From the NCBI GenBank assembly GCA_963847565.1, contig CAWKAE010000021.1, positions 3,303 to 67,302 of the forward strand: DNA of 64,000 nucleotides. The letters run 5' to 3'. Of this stretch, positions 21,215 to 34,644 are shown in pieces. Source of the DNA: an uncultured Halobacteria archaeon. Lineage in GTDB: Bacteria > Pseudomonadota > Gammaproteobacteria > UBA9214. A program made the translations under genes and the position numbers. How positions within the stretch are numbered: the stretch's first letter is position 1; each line of letters opens with the position of its first letter. The notes beneath the pieces were generated by a model that was given only the letters and a program-made list of their open reading frames with translations, did no database searches and was not told the origin of the DNA.

Positions 21215-22054
21215 TTATCCCAGCAGCTTGTTTTCCGGCAGGCCGGCGGCCTTTACCGTGGCATCGATCGCTTGCAGCGTCGCCAGTAACGCCTGCATCT
21301 CGTCAAGCGGCCAGGCATTCGGGCCGTCACTGAGCGCAACCGACGGATCGGGATGCGTCTCCATAAACAAACCGGAGATACCCGCAGCAACCGCGGCACG
21401 TGCGAGCACCGGCACAAATTCCCGCTGGCCGCCGGACTTGTCGCCCTGGCCACCCGGCAACTGCACCGAGTGTGTCGCATCGAACACGACCGGCACATTG
21501 CAGTTGCGCATCACCGCCAGTGAACGCATGTCGGATACCAGGTTGTTGTAGCCGAATGATGCGCCACGCTCGCATACCATGATCTGCTCGTTACCGGTCG
21601 CAAGCGCCTTGTCGGCAACGTTCTTCATGTCCCACGGCGACAGGAACTGTCCCTTCTTGATATTTACCGGCTTGCCCTGGCTGGCAACATTCTGGATGAA
21701 ATTGGTCTGCCGACACAGGAACGCGGGTGTCTGCAGGACATCGACGACGGCAGCCACTTCCGCCAGCGGCGTATCTTCATGTACATCGGTCAGCACCGGC
21801 ACGCCGATCTGTGCACGCACGGTCTCGAGAATACGCAGGCCGTCTTCAATACCCGGGCCACGGAAACTCTTGTGCGATGAACGGTTGGCCTTGTCGAAGG
21901 ACGACTTGTAAATAAACGGTATGCCGAGTGCAGCGGTAATTTCCTTGAGCTGCCCCGCCGTATCCAGCGCCAGTTGCTCGCTTTCGATGACACACGGCCC
22001 TGCAATCAAAAACAGCGGATGTTCGAGACCCGCCTCAAAATCACATAACTTCAT
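21215..22054 (-). CDS. kdsA: 3-deoxy-8-phosphooctulonate synthase
   Basis: A full-length 279-aa KDO8P synthase by similarity. It shows pyrG-kdsA-eno synteny. Confidence 0.95.
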   Translation of the reverse strand: MKLCDFEAGLEHPLFLIAGPCVIESEQLALDTAGQLKEITAALGIPFIYKSSFDKANRSSHKSFRGPGIEDGLRILETVRAQIGVPVLTDVHEDTPLAEVAAVVDVLQTPAFLCRQTNFIQNVASQGKPVNIKKGQFLSPWDMKNVADKALATGNEQIMVCERGASFGYNNLVSDMRSLAVMRNCNVPVVFDATHSVQLPGGQGDKSGGQREFVPVLARAAVAAGISGLFMETHPDPSVALSDGPNAWPLDEMQALLATLQAIDATVKAAGLPENKLLG

Positions 22055-22078
22055 GGCTATATTATTCCGGGTAAAGAG

Positions 22079-25200
<3,122 letters not shown>

Positions 25201-25210
25201 GTGTCGCGAT

Positions 25211-25331
25211 AACTCCCTTCACCCTCAGGGTGAAGGGTTGGGGAGAGCGGAGCGAGGGGCCGGGGATCAAACAATTAATTGCTTGATATTCTATCCCCTC
25301 TCCCTGGCCCTCTCCCGGAGGGAGAGGGGAT
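25211..25331. repeat. two palindromic REP-like modules (P1 cccttcaccctcagggtgaaggg; P2 tcccctctccctggccctctcccggagggagagggga)
   Basis: Both modules recur, reverse-complemented and in reversed order, at 31475-31567. Confidence 0.7.
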
Positions 25332-25356
25332 GGTTTTATTATATTGAAGACGTGGA

Positions 25357-25437
25357 GGAAAAGGGGTCAGTACCCTTTTTCTGCTAGCTGCTTTGTATTC
25401 TTCCGGCGACGGTGAAAAAGGGTACTGACCCCTTTTC
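25357..25437. repeat. inverted pair of 24-nt G-arms (GAAAAGGGGTCAGTACCCTTTTTC / GAAAAAGGGTACTGACCCCTTTTC), terminator-like, just after the accA stop
   Basis: The arms are perfectly complementary and separated by a 32-nt non-conserved spacer. The same arms occur at 26492-26575 and 31432-31599. Confidence 0.75.
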
Positions 25438-25440
25438 TTT

Positions 25441-26400
25441 CTAGCGTTCGTTAAATTTCCCGTAGCTCATCAGGCGTTTGTAGCGTGACTCCACCAGGCT
25501 GTCCAGCGACTGCTCGCGCAGACCGTCCAGTGTCTCGACCAGCACCTGGCGGATATTTGCGGCCGTGGTATCGACATCGCGGTGTGCACCGCCGAGTGGT
25601 TCGTCGATCACGCGGTCGACCAGGCCAAGTTCCAGCAGGCGACCGGAGGTAATGCCCAGCGCCTCGGCTGCATCAGAGGCCTTTTCGGCACTTTTCCAGA
25701 GAATGGATGCACAGCCCTCCGGCGAAATAACAGAGTAAGTGCTGTACTGCAGCATGAGCGTGCAATCGCCAACGCCGATGGCAAGCGCCCCGCCCGATCC
25801 GCCTTCGCCGATAACCGTGCAGATTACCGGTGTACGCAGGCGCGCCATCACCAGCAGGTTACGTGCGATCGCCTCGCTCTGGCCGCGCTCCTCCGCGCCG
25901 ATGCCGGGATAGGCGCCGGGGGTGTCGATAAATGTCAGTACCGGCAAACCGAAACGTTCCGCCATTTCCATCAGGCGCAGGGCCTTGCGATAACCCTCTG
26001 GACGCGGCATACCGAAGTTGCGTAGCAACTTTTCCTTGGTATCACGTCCTTTCTGCTGACCGATCACCATCACCGGTATGTCATCGAGCCGGGCAATGCC
26101 GCCAACAATGGCATGATCATCGGCATAGTGGCGGTCGCCGTGCAGTTCCTCGAAACCGTCGAACATGCGGATGATGTAATCCATCGTATACGGCCGCTGC
26201 GGATGGCGCGCCAGCTGCGAGATCTGCCAGGGGGACAGGTTCGAGAAAATCGACCCGGTCAGCTCCCTGCTTTTGGCCTTGAGCTTGTCGACTTCTTCAC
26301 TGATATTGACGTCAGCATCATCACTGACGTAATGCAGTTCATCGATTTTTGCCTCAAGCTCGGCAATCGGCTGCTCGAAATCCAGAAAGTTAAGATTCAT
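25441..26400 (-). CDS. accA: acetyl-CoA carboxylase carboxyltransferase subunit alpha
   Basis: A full-length 319-aa AccA by similarity. It shows dnaE-accA-tilS synteny. Confidence 0.95.
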   Translation of the reverse strand: MNLNFLDFEQPIAELEAKIDELHYVSDDADVNISEEVDKLKAKSRELTGSIFSNLSPWQISQLARHPQRPYTMDYIIRMFDGFEELHGDRHYADDHAIVGGIARLDDIPVMVIGQQKGRDTKEKLLRNFGMPRPEGYRKALRLMEMAERFGLPVLTFIDTPGAYPGIGAEERGQSEAIARNLLVMARLRTPVICTVIGEGGSGGALAIGVGDCTLMLQYSTYSVISPEGCASILWKSAEKASDAAEALGITSGRLLELGLVDRVIDEPLGGAHRDVDTTAANIRQVLVETLDGLREQSLDSLVESRYKRLMSYGKFNER

Positions 26401-26491
26401 TGAAAACCCGGTAAATGTTGCAATCTGCTGCTAATAATACCGTTTCCATGGCATGTGTGGGTAGCAATATATGACGCGATATTAAAAAGGT

Positions 26492-26575
26492 AAAAAGGGG
26501 TCAGTACCCTTTTTCGTCAATCTCGTTAAATTTTTCTACTGCCGAATTAAAGAAAAAGGGTACTGACCCCTTTTT
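26492..26575. repeat. inverted pair of G-arms, overlapping the dnaE stop codon
   Basis: The arms are aaaaaggggtcagtaccctttttc and gaaaaagggtactgaccccttttt, separated by a 36-nt spacer. The dnaE TAA (26574-26576) lies inside the right arm. Confidence 0.75.
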
Positions 26576-29500
26576 AGCCGTACTCCACCCGCACGCTGTC
26601 CTTGCCGGCCAGGTCACGCAGTCGATGCAGTAATTCATCCGTCGGGTGTACGGTCCATTGCTCGCCCAGCGCCACACGCACCTGCGCCTCGCCACCCCGG
26701 TAATCGATGCACACACGGGTATGCCCTTCGCGGAAGGGTTGCAGGATATCCGCAAGCGTACCGACGAAGCCGTTGCCGGCCAGCTGCGACTCGACACCCA
26801 CGACCAGCTGCCGCGCATACATTTCGCGTGCCTGGTTGATGTCATAGATGCTTTGCGCAGTTACCTGGAAACCACCGGAATAATCATCCACACCCAGGCC
26901 GCCCTGCACCACCAGCACCTTGTTCTTGCCCACCAGCGCTTCGTACTTTTCGTAGACTTCCGGGAAAACGCGCACGTCCAGCCGCGCCGTGCGGTCATCC
27001 AGCGTCAGGAAGGCAATCTTGCCACCGCGTTGCGTCTTGCGAATGCGCATGCTCATAACCAGTCCGGCGATGGTGACCGGCTTGTCGTTACTGCCCGGCC
27101 GACCCGGCTTGCCGGTTGACACTGGCAGGCTCGCGCACAGCTCCGACATTTCCGCCAGGCGACCGGTAATGATATTGGCCAGCTCGGCCCTGTAACGCTC
27201 GATCGGATGCCCGGTCAGGTACAGGCCCAGCGCATCCATCTCACCCTGCAGGCGCTGCTCCTCGTCCCATTCCGGCAGGATATGCCGGCTGGTCGGTAAT
27301 GTTTCTGCGACCTCGGACTCACCGAACAGATCATTCTGGCCGGTATCCTGATCGCGACTGCGCTGCTCTGCCAGCTTCAGCGCCTGCGCCAGGTTGGCAT
27401 GTTGCGTGGCACGCGTCTCGCCCAGCACATCGAGCGCGCCGGCCCGGATCAGGGCATCAAACACCCGCCGGTTAACCTTGCGCAGGTCGACACGCTGGCA
27501 GATTTCGTACAGATCGGCGAACACACCATCGGCATCACGCGCAGCAAGAATGCACTCGATGGCTGACTGGCCGACGCCCTTGATCGCACCCAGTCCGTAC
27601 ACAATCGTGCTGTCGTTCTCGACCGCAAACATGTAATCGGACTGGTTGATATTCGGCGGCACCACCTTGAGTTTCATGTCGCGACACTCGGCAATCAGGT
27701 GCACGATCTTGTCGGTGTTATCCATGTCCGCCGACATGACCGCCGCCATGAACGCCGCCGGGTAATGCGCCTTCAGCCAGGCCGTCTGGTAGGAAACCAG
27801 CGCGTAGGCGGCCGAGTGGCTTTTATTGAAACCGTAACCGGCAAACTTCTCCATCAGGTCGAAAATGTAGGTGGCAACCTTTTCGTCCACACCCCGCGCC
27901 AGCGCACCATCGGTGAAGATGGCGCGCTGCTTGGCCATCTCCTCGGGCTTTTTCTTGCCCATGGCGCGACGCAACATGTCGGCGCCACCGAGCGTGTAAC
28001 CTGCCAGGGTCTGCGCGATCTGCATCACCTGTTCCTGGTAGAGAATAATGCCGTAGGTCGGCTGCAGAATCGGTTCCAGGTTCGGGTGCGGGTATTCAAT
28101 ACGCGCCCCGTGCTTGCGCGCGATGAAGTCGTCGACCATGCCCGACTGCAGCGGCCCGGGACGGAACAGTGCGACCAGCGCCACGATGTCCTCGAAAGAA
28201 TCCGGCTGCAACCGCCTGATCAGGTCCTTCATGCCGGTCGATTCCAGCTGGAACACGGCCGTCGTGGTGGATGCCTTCAGCAACGCAAAGGTCGGCTTGT
28301 CGGTCAGTGGCAGTGTATTGATATCAACCGGCGCCTCGTTGTTCACGGCGCGACGTCGATTGATGGTTTTCAGCGCCCAGTCGATGATGGTGAGCGTACG
28401 CAGGCCAAGGAAATCGAACTTGACCAGGCCGACGGCCTCGACATCGTCCTTGTCGAACTGGCTGACAATCGCGTCACCGCCCTGTTCGCAGTACAGCGGC
28501 GTAAAATCGGTCAGCTGTGACGGCGCAATCACCACACCACCGGCATGCTTGCCGGCGTTTCGCGCCATACCTTCCAGCGAACGCGCCAGGTCGATGACCG
28601 TCTGCACGTCCTCGTCGTTATCGTACAACTCGGCCAGTGCAGGTTCCTGCTCCAGCGCCTTTTCCAGCGTGATGCCGATCTCGAACGGAATCAGCTTGGC
28701 GATGCGATCGACAAAACCATACGGATGACCCAGCACACGCCCGACGTCGCGCACGACGGCCTTGGCGGCCATGGAGCCATAGGTGATGATCTGGGACACC
28801 TTGTCGCGGCCATAGCGCTCGGCCACGTACTCGATCACACGGTCGCGACCTTCCATGCAGAAGTCCACGTCAAAGTCCGGCATGGAGACACGCTCGGGAT
28901 TCAGGAAGCGCTCGAACAGCAGGTCATACTTGAGCGGATCGATGTCGGTAATTGTCAGCGCATACGCCACCAGCGAGCCGGCACCGGAACCACGACCCGG
29001 GCCGACCGGGATGCCGTTGGCCTTTGACCACTTGATAAAATCCGCGACGATGAGGAAATAACCGGGGAAACCCATTTGCAGGATGACATCGATCTCGGTC
29101 TGCAGACGTTCACGGTAAACTTCACACTGTGCCGCGTAATCATCAGCGTCCGGATCGAGGATCTGTGGCAGACGATCGGCCAGCCCCGCCTCGGCCTGCG
29201 CGATGAAAAACGTATCGATATCGGTCCCGTCCGGTACCGGGAAGTCCGGCAGGTAATTCTTGCCCAGCTCGAGTTCGAGACTGCAGCGACGCGCGACCTC
29301 GACGGTATTTTCCAGCGCCTCCGGAATGTCGCTGAACAGTGCCTGCATTTCTTCCGGGCTGCGCAGGTATTGCTGATCGGTAAATTCATGCGAACGGCGC
29401 GGGTCATCGAGTGTACGACTTTCGTTAATACACACGCGCGCCTCGTGCGCATCGAAATCGCCCGTCTTGATGAAATGCACGTCATTGGTCGCCACCACCG

Positions 29501-30077
29501 GCACATCCATCTGCACAGCGAGTTCAACGGCTGCGTGGATATAATCTTCCTCACCGGCACGGCCGGTACGCTGCAGCTCCAGGTAGAAGGCATCGGGAAA
29601 ATGTTGCAGCCACTGCGTGAGCAAGTGTGCGGCGTGTTCAGGTTTTTTTGCCAGCAAGGCCTGCCCCACATTACCGGCACGCCCTCCGGACAACGCAATC
29701 AGGCCGTCTGTGCAACCATCCAGCCAGTCGTGCTGCACAACCGGTATGCCGCGCTGCTGTCCCTCGGTATAGGCACGTGACACCAGCCGCGTGAGATTGA
29801 GGTAACCGGTCCTGTTCCTGCACAGCAATACCAGGCGAGCGGGCGGACTGTCATCAGTGTCTGCAACCCACAGGTCGACACCCACCAGCGGCTTGACACC
29901 CGCCGCCATGGCCGCGCGGTAAAACTTCACCATCGAAAACATATTGCACTGGTCGGTCACGGCGACGGCCGGCATACCGGCCTCCGCCACACTTTTAACC
30001 AGCGGCTTGATACGGACGGTACCGTTCAGCAGTGAATATTCGGTATGGACGTGCAGATGGACAAAGGCGACTGACAT
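26574..30077 (-). CDS. dnaE: DNA polymerase III subunit alpha
   Basis: 1167 aa with an N-terminal PHP domain (HLHVHTEYSLL), a polymerase core and an OB fold. Confidence 0.97.
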   Translation of the reverse strand: MSVAFVHLHVHTEYSLLNGTVRIKPLVKSVAEAGMPAVAVTDQCNMFSMVKFYRAAMAAGVKPLVGVDLWVADTDDSPPARLVLLCRNRTGYLNLTRLVSRAYTEGQQRGIPVVQHDWLDGCTDGLIALSGGRAGNVGQALLAKKPEHAAHLLTQWLQHFPDAFYLELQRTGRAGEEDYIHAAVELAVQMDVPVVATNDVHFIKTGDFDAHEARVCINESRTLDDPRRSHEFTDQQYLRSPEEMQALFSDIPEALENTVEVARRCSLELELGKNYLPDFPVPDGTDIDTFFIAQAEAGLADRLPQILDPDADDYAAQCEVYRERLQTEIDVILQMGFPGYFLIVADFIKWSKANGIPVGPGRGSGAGSLVAYALTITDIDPLKYDLLFERFLNPERVSMPDFDVDFCMEGRDRVIEYVAERYGRDKVSQIITYGSMAAKAVVRDVGRVLGHPYGFVDRIAKLIPFEIGITLEKALEQEPALAELYDNDEDVQTVIDLARSLEGMARNAGKHAGGVVIAPSQLTDFTPLYCEQGGDAIVSQFDKDDVEAVGLVKFDFLGLRTLTIIDWALKTINRRRAVNNEAPVDINTLPLTDKPTFALLKASTTTAVFQLESTGMKDLIRRLQPDSFEDIVALVALFRPGPLQSGMVDDFIARKHGARIEYPHPNLEPILQPTYGIILYQEQVMQIAQTLAGYTLGGADMLRRAMGKKKPEEMAKQRAIFTDGALARGVDEKVATYIFDLMEKFAGYGFNKSHSAAYALVSYQTAWLKAHYPAAFMAAVMSADMDNTDKIVHLIAECRDMKLKVVPPNINQSDYMFAVENDSTIVYGLGAIKGVGQSAIECILAARDADGVFADLYEICQRVDLRKVNRRVFDALIRAGALDVLGETRATQHANLAQALKLAEQRSRDQDTGQNDLFGESEVAETLPTSRHILPEWDEEQRLQGEMDALGLYLTGHPIERYRAELANIITGRLAEMSELCASLPVSTGKPGRPGSNDKPVTIAGLVMSMRIRKTQRGGKIAFLTLDDRTARLDVRVFPEVYEKYEALVGKNKVLVVQGGLGVDDYSGGFQVTAQSIYDINQAREMYARQLVVGVESQLAGNGFVGTLADILQPFREGHTRVCIDYRGGEAQVRVALGEQWTVHPTDELLHRLRDLAGKDSVRVEYG

Positions 30078-30199
30078 GGGGGAAGTGTCCGGTTTTAACC
30101 CCCCGGTTTCAAGCGCTCGATACGATTCATGCTATTTGCCATAAAGGAACTGCAGGTTACTGTTTTTCTGTGATTTCATATAGAAGCACGTGAAATTCT

Positions 30200-31426
30200 G
30201 TGACGTCGGTCACAAACGGGGCAGTTCATCACCCGAATCAGACTGAAACCAGTCATTTCGGTAAATACAGGCTAAACATGAAGTTTCACAGGACGATAGT
30301 TGAACTTGTAGGCAATATTCAGCCAATCGGAACGCAAATGCGCCCCAGCAGCCTGACACACACAACGACCGAGTTTGAAACTGAAGAGCTGAGAGGGTTC
30401 TCCCGCAGCATTGCGGAACTGCAGTGGTTACTGCTGATCCTGGTCATCCTGTACTTCTTCATCCCGATCCGGGTCATAACCAATACCGACGCACTGGTCG
30501 TCACGATGATTGCCTACTCGATATTTGTGCTGGCCTTCCGCTACCTGAATTTCCAGGCACGCGAGACCCGTTTTAAACTGGCCGTGGAAACCTGGACCAT
30601 GATCGGCTTCATCACCACCGTTCTGTGGCATACGGGTCTTACGGAAAGTCCGCTACTTAATCTTTATCTGCTGGTGATCATTGCCTGCGCCATCACACTC
30701 GGCAAGGCCATGACGCTGCTCGAGGTCGGCCTGATTACCTGCTGTTACCTGTTGATGGGCTTCAAGGTGCACTCGGTTGAAATTTTCACACCCGCCACCT
30801 TCACCATGCTCATGGCCAAGTTTTCGCCATTCCTGCTGGTCGCATACATCACGTCGATGCTGGCCTCCGACATCCTGGCTGCAAAACGCAAGATATCGCG
30901 CCTGTCGCAGACTGATGACCTGACCGGTGTGCTGAACATGCGTGCATTCAATATGCTGCTGGACAAGGAAATCGAACGGGTAAACCGCTATCGCACACCG
31001 CTGGCCATCATCATGATCGACGTCGACGGTCTCAAAGCTGTTAACGACCGTTACGGCCATGCCGCCGGTAACCGCCTGATACAGTCAGTATCAACGACAC
31101 TCAAGCAGTGTGTGCGCACATCAGACGCACTGGCGCGTTACGGCGGCGACGAATTCGTGGTACTGCTCACCCAGGCAGACCAAAAAGGTGCGCGCGCGAC
31201 GGCTGAGCGCATTCGCCAGGCGATTGCCAATACCTCGTTCGATCTGAATGGAGAGTGCATTCACGCAACCGCCAGCGTCGGCATGGCAAGCTTTCCGAAT
31301 GATGTACTGGATGTCGAGGACGTCATCGAAAAAGCCGATGTGGCACTGTACAAAAGCAAGCAGGCCGGTCGCAACCGGGTCACCCACTACACCGCATCGC
31401 TGGATGCCATGGCCGCCTGTGCATAA
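30200..31426 (+). CDS. membrane-anchored diguanylate cyclase (5-6 TM helices plus GGDEF, with an RxxD I-site)
   Basis: A 408-aa ORF. The start is uncertain (GTG 30200, ATG 30278 or ATG 30338). It has a hydrophobic N-terminal half, then GGDEF with RTSD five residues upstream. Confidence 0.85.
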   Translation: MTSVTNGAVHHPNQTETSHFGKYRLNMKFHRTIVELVGNIQPIGTQMRPSSLTHTTTEFETEELRGFSRSIAELQWLLLILVILYFFIPIRVITNTDALVVTMIAYSIFVLAFRYLNFQARETRFKLAVETWTMIGFITTVLWHTGLTESPLLNLYLLVIIACAITLGKAMTLLEVGLITCCYLLMGFKVHSVEIFTPATFTMLMAKFSPFLLVAYITSMLASDILAAKRKISRLSQTDDLTGVLNMRAFNMLLDKEIERVNRYRTPLAIIMIDVDGLKAVNDRYGHAAGNRLIQSVSTTLKQCVRTSDALARYGGDEFVVLLTQADQKGARATAERIRQAIANTSFDLNGECIHATASVGMASFPNDVLDVEDVIEKADVALYKSKQAGRNRVTHYTASLDAMAACA

Positions 31427-31431
31427 AAGGC

Positions 31432-31599
31432 ATAAAAGGGGTCAGTACCCTTTTGCAACAATATAAATAATGACATCCCCTCTCCCTCCGGGAGAGGGCC
31501 AGGGAGAGGGATTAGAATATGTTTTTTATCCCCTCTCCCCAACCCTCCCCCTGAGGGGGAGGGAGTTAAATTGACAGAAGTAGAACTGACCCCTTTTAT
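31432..31599. repeat. composite repeat: a G-arm pair enclosing inverted P2 and P1 modules
   Basis: The left G-arm lies at 31432-31455, the P2 reverse complement at 31475-31512 and the P1-like reverse complement at 31528-31567. The degenerate right G-arm at 31582-31599 overlaps the rnhB stop (31596-31598). Confidence 0.7.
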
Positions 31600-32189
31600 G
31601 TCCTTTCCAGAATCCGCCGGACCGGTGCGTATGAACGCCGATGAATCGGTGTGATACCCAGCGTTTCCAGCGCTTCCATGTGTGCCTTGCTGGGATAGCC
31701 CTTGTGCTGCGCCAGCCCGTAACCCGGAAACGCGCGATCCATGTCGACCATCTCGCGGTCGCGGGTTACTTTAGCCATGATAGACGCAGCGCTGATGGCC
31801 GCCACCTTGTCGTCGCCCTTGACAATCGCCTGTGCCGGACACGCGAACTCAGGACAGCGATTACCGTCGACCAGCACGTGCTCGGGCGCAGGCATGAGTG
31901 CCTGCACGGCTCGCTGCATGGCCAGCAGGCTCGCCTGCAGAATATTGATACGGTCGATCTCGTCGACCTCGGCACGCCCCACCGCCCAGGCCAGTGCACG
32001 CTCACTGATCTCTTCATACAAACGCTCGCGTCGCCGGGCCGTGAGACGTTTTGAATCGCGCAGACCATCGATCGGCCTGGACGGATCAAGAATAACGGCA
32101 CCGGCAATAACCGGCCCCGCCAGCGGCCCCCGCCCTGCTTCATCCACCCCGGCGACACGACCGGGCGGCAACTGAATTTCATCTTCCAT
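31596..32189 (-). CDS. rnhB: ribonuclease HII
   Basis: ORF trimmed to ATG 32189 ([27 protein letters not shown]). It shows lpxB-rnhB synteny, with an 11-nt overlap. Confidence 0.9.
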   Translation of the reverse strand: MEDEIQLPPGRVAGVDEAGRGPLAGPVIAGAVILDPSRPIDGLRDSKRLTARRRERLYEEISERALAWAVGRAEVDEIDRINILQASLLAMQRAVQALMPAPEHVLVDGNRCPEFACPAQAIVKGDDKVAAISAASIMAKVTRDREMVDMDRAFPGYGLAQHKGYPSKAHMEALETLGITPIHRRSYAPVRRILERT

Positions 32190-33372
32190 CGTCTGTCTCC
32201 GTCCAGCCGGCCACCTGCAATACTGCATTGGCCGCGACCTGGCTGGCATTGCGGCGCAGTGTTGCATGAATTTGCCTGAACTGTGTCTGCATGGCCTCTC
32301 TGCGCTCTGCATTATCCAGCAGGTCAAGCATTTCACTGCCCAGGTTCCCGGCGGTGACATCATCCTGGATAAATTCGCGCACCAGCGGCGTATCTGCCAG
32401 TAAATTGGGCAGGGAAAAATGCTTGGTGCTGACCAGGTGTCGCGCGAGGCGATAGGTCATGGGTGATATCCGGTAGGCCACAGCCATTGGCCGCTGCAGC
32501 AACAGGCACTCCAGCGTGGCCGTGCCGGATGCTGTCAACACGGCATCGGCCGCAGCCATCGCCTCCAGCCCCTGACCATCGAGCAGGGTCAGCGGCAGAT
32601 CGGTCCCGGCGTCACTCAATACCTGCTCAAAGGCTGCACGGCAGGCTGGCGTCGCCAGCGGCACAATAAAATGCAGGTCAGGCCGCCGCGCATGACACCA
32701 GGCCGCGGCCTCGACAAACACCGGCGCCAGCCGACGTACTTCATTCAGCCGACTGCCGGGAAGCAGGGCAACCAGCGGTCGACCTGTGTCCAGCTCGAGG
32801 TGGTGACGTGCTGCATCCCTGTCTGCATTTTCAGTAATCCGGTCAGCCAGCGGATGACCGACAAAGTGCGCCTGTACGTCGTGGTCGTGGTAGAAGCGTG
32901 CCTCGAAGGGAAACAGTGTGAGGACACAGTCGGTACTCGCGGCGATCTTGCGCACCCGGTATTGACGCCACGCCCAGACCGACGGGCTCACGTAGTGCAG
33001 TACCGGTATACCGGCCTGTTTCAGTTTGCGCTCCAGGGCAAGATTGAAATCGGGGGCATCGACACCGATAAAGATGTCCGGTCGCGCATTGATAAAGTGT
33101 CGGCGCATTTGCCGACGCAGTGCCAGCAAACCCGGCAGGTGCGCCAGCACCTCGACCAGCCCCATGACCGACAGTCGCTCCATGGGTTGCAGACTCACAC
33201 AACCGGCCGCCTGCATCTTCGGTCCGGCGATACCTTCGAATTCCGTATCAGGCAGCCGCTCGCGAATGGACTCGATCAGGTCAGCGGCAATGGTATCGCC
33301 CGAGGCTTCGCCGGCAATAATGCCGACCCTCAATGGCCGGCCAGCCCGGCTCATGCCCTGCCTCGGAACCAC
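32179..33372 (-). CDS. lpxB: lipid-A-disaccharide synthase
   Basis: 397-aa ORF with the motif [10 protein letters not shown]. An alternative start is the ATG at 33354. Confidence 0.93.
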   Translation of the reverse strand: MVPRQGMSRAGRPLRVGIIAGEASGDTIAADLIESIRERLPDTEFEGIAGPKMQAAGCVSLQPMERLSVMGLVEVLAHLPGLLALRRQMRRHFINARPDIFIGVDAPDFNLALERKLKQAGIPVLHYVSPSVWAWRQYRVRKIAASTDCVLTLFPFEARFYHDHDVQAHFVGHPLADRITENADRDAARHHLELDTGRPLVALLPGSRLNEVRRLAPVFVEAAAWCHARRPDLHFIVPLATPACRAAFEQVLSDAGTDLPLTLLDGQGLEAMAAADAVLTASGTATLECLLLQRPMAVAYRISPMTYRLARHLVSTKHFSLPNLLADTPLVREFIQDDVTAGNLGSEMLDLLDNAERREAMQTQFRQIHATLRRNASQVAANAVLQVAGWTETDDGR

Positions 33373-33390
33373 GATACCTGCATGTATCAG

Positions 33391-34161
33391 CTAGCGCACA
33401 ATACCGCGTGTTTGCTTGCCGAGAAAATCGACCAGCAGTTGCAGTTCGTCACAGTCTGTCGCCGCTGACTGCAGCCGTGTAATGGCATCCTGCAGCGACA
33501 GGTTTTCACGGTACAGGACGCGGTAGGCATCCTTCAGGCGCTTGCGCACGTCCTCGGAAAACCCGCGACGCCGCAAACCTTCCATGTTCAATCCATGCGG
33601 CCGCGCAGGACTGCCGCCGACCGTGACATAGGGCGGCACATCCTTGCTGATGCCGGCACCGAATGCGGTCAGCGAATGCGCACCAATGGCGCAAAACTGG
33701 TGCACCAGTGTAAAACCACCCAGTATGGCGTAATCATCCACGCTGACATGACCGGCGAGTGATGCGTTATTGGCGAAAATTGTCTGGTTACCGATGCGGC
33801 AGTCATGTGCGATATGCACATAGGCCATGATCCAGTTATCGTCGCCAATGCGCGTGACACCCTCGTCCTGCACCGTACCGCGGTTAAGCGTGACGAATTC
33901 GCGAATGGTGTTGCGGTCACCGATTTCCAGCCTGGTCGGCTCACCGGCATACTTCTTGTCCTGCGGGGCCTCGCCGATCGACGCAAACTGGAATATACGG
34001 TTTTCCGTGCCAATCCGTGTCGGCCCATTGATCACAACGTGCGGCCCGATTTCGGTGCCTGCACCAATCGTGACATCGGGCCCGATCACACTGTACGGAC
34101 CAATCGTTACATCGGCGGCCAGTTCGGCGGCGGCATCAATAACCGCAGTTGCATGAATCAA
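33391..34161 (-). CDS. lpxA: acyl-ACP--UDP-N-acetylglucosamine O-acyltransferase
   Basis: ORF trimmed to TTG 34161 (MIHATAVID), which has a TTGA overlap with the fabZ stop. It has hexapeptide repeats and is 256 aa. Confidence 0.93.
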   Translation of the reverse strand: MIHATAVIDAAAELAADVTIGPYSVIGPDVTIGAGTEIGPHVVINGPTRIGTENRIFQFASIGEAPQDKKYAGEPTRLEIGDRNTIREFVTLNRGTVQDEGVTRIGDDNWIMAYVHIAHDCRIGNQTIFANNASLAGHVSVDDYAILGGFTLVHQFCAIGAHSLTAFGAGISKDVPPYVTVGGSPARPHGLNMEGLRRRGFSEDVRKRLKDAYRVLYRENLSLQDAITRLQSAATDCDELQLLVDFLGKQTRGIVR

Positions 34162-34598
34162 GTGGCAATATCCTGTTCGGTACACATGATCTCTGCAGAA
34201 GCGACGCGCTTGCCATCCACGCTCGCACTGCAATCGAATACCCAGATACCGCGTTTCGAACGCAACAGGTCAGCGCGTAAAACCAGCTGATCACCCGGTT
34301 CAACCGGACGCTTGAAACGCGCCTTGTCCATGCCGACCAGAAAATACAGGCTGTCGCGTTTTGCGCCACGCTCTACCGTCTTGAACGCCAGCAAACCGGT
34401 TGCCTGCGCCATGGCTTCCAGGATCAGCACACCCGGCATGATCGGGCGTTCCGGGAAATGCCCCTGGAAGAACGGTTCGTTGTAGGTCACGTTTTTGTAA
34501 CCGACCAGCGACTTGCCCGGATTGAACTCGGTAACCCTGTCAATCAGCAGAAACGGGTACCTGTGCGGCAGGTGTTGCAGAATATCGTTAATGTCCAT
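34158..34598 (-). CDS. fabZ: 3-hydroxyacyl-ACP dehydratase FabZ
   Basis: ORF trimmed to ATG 34598 ([22 protein letters not shown]), 146 aa. Confidence 0.95.
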   Translation of the reverse strand: MDINDILQHLPHRYPFLLIDRVTEFNPGKSLVGYKNVTYNEPFFQGHFPERPIMPGVLILEAMAQATGLLAFKTVERGAKRDSLYFLVGMDKARFKRPVEPGDQLVLRADLLRSKRGIWVFDCSASVDGKRVASAEIMCTEQDIAT

Positions 34599-34644
34599 TA
34601 TTGAAACCCGCTTTGTTACACTGTGTTTTTCGTTGTTATCACGT

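Noticed and set aside
25357-31599. Possible CRISPR array, because a 24-nt unit recurs with unrelated spacers
   Set aside because: The units occur as inverted pairs at three separate intergenic loci, not as a direct-repeat array. No cas genes or leader are present.
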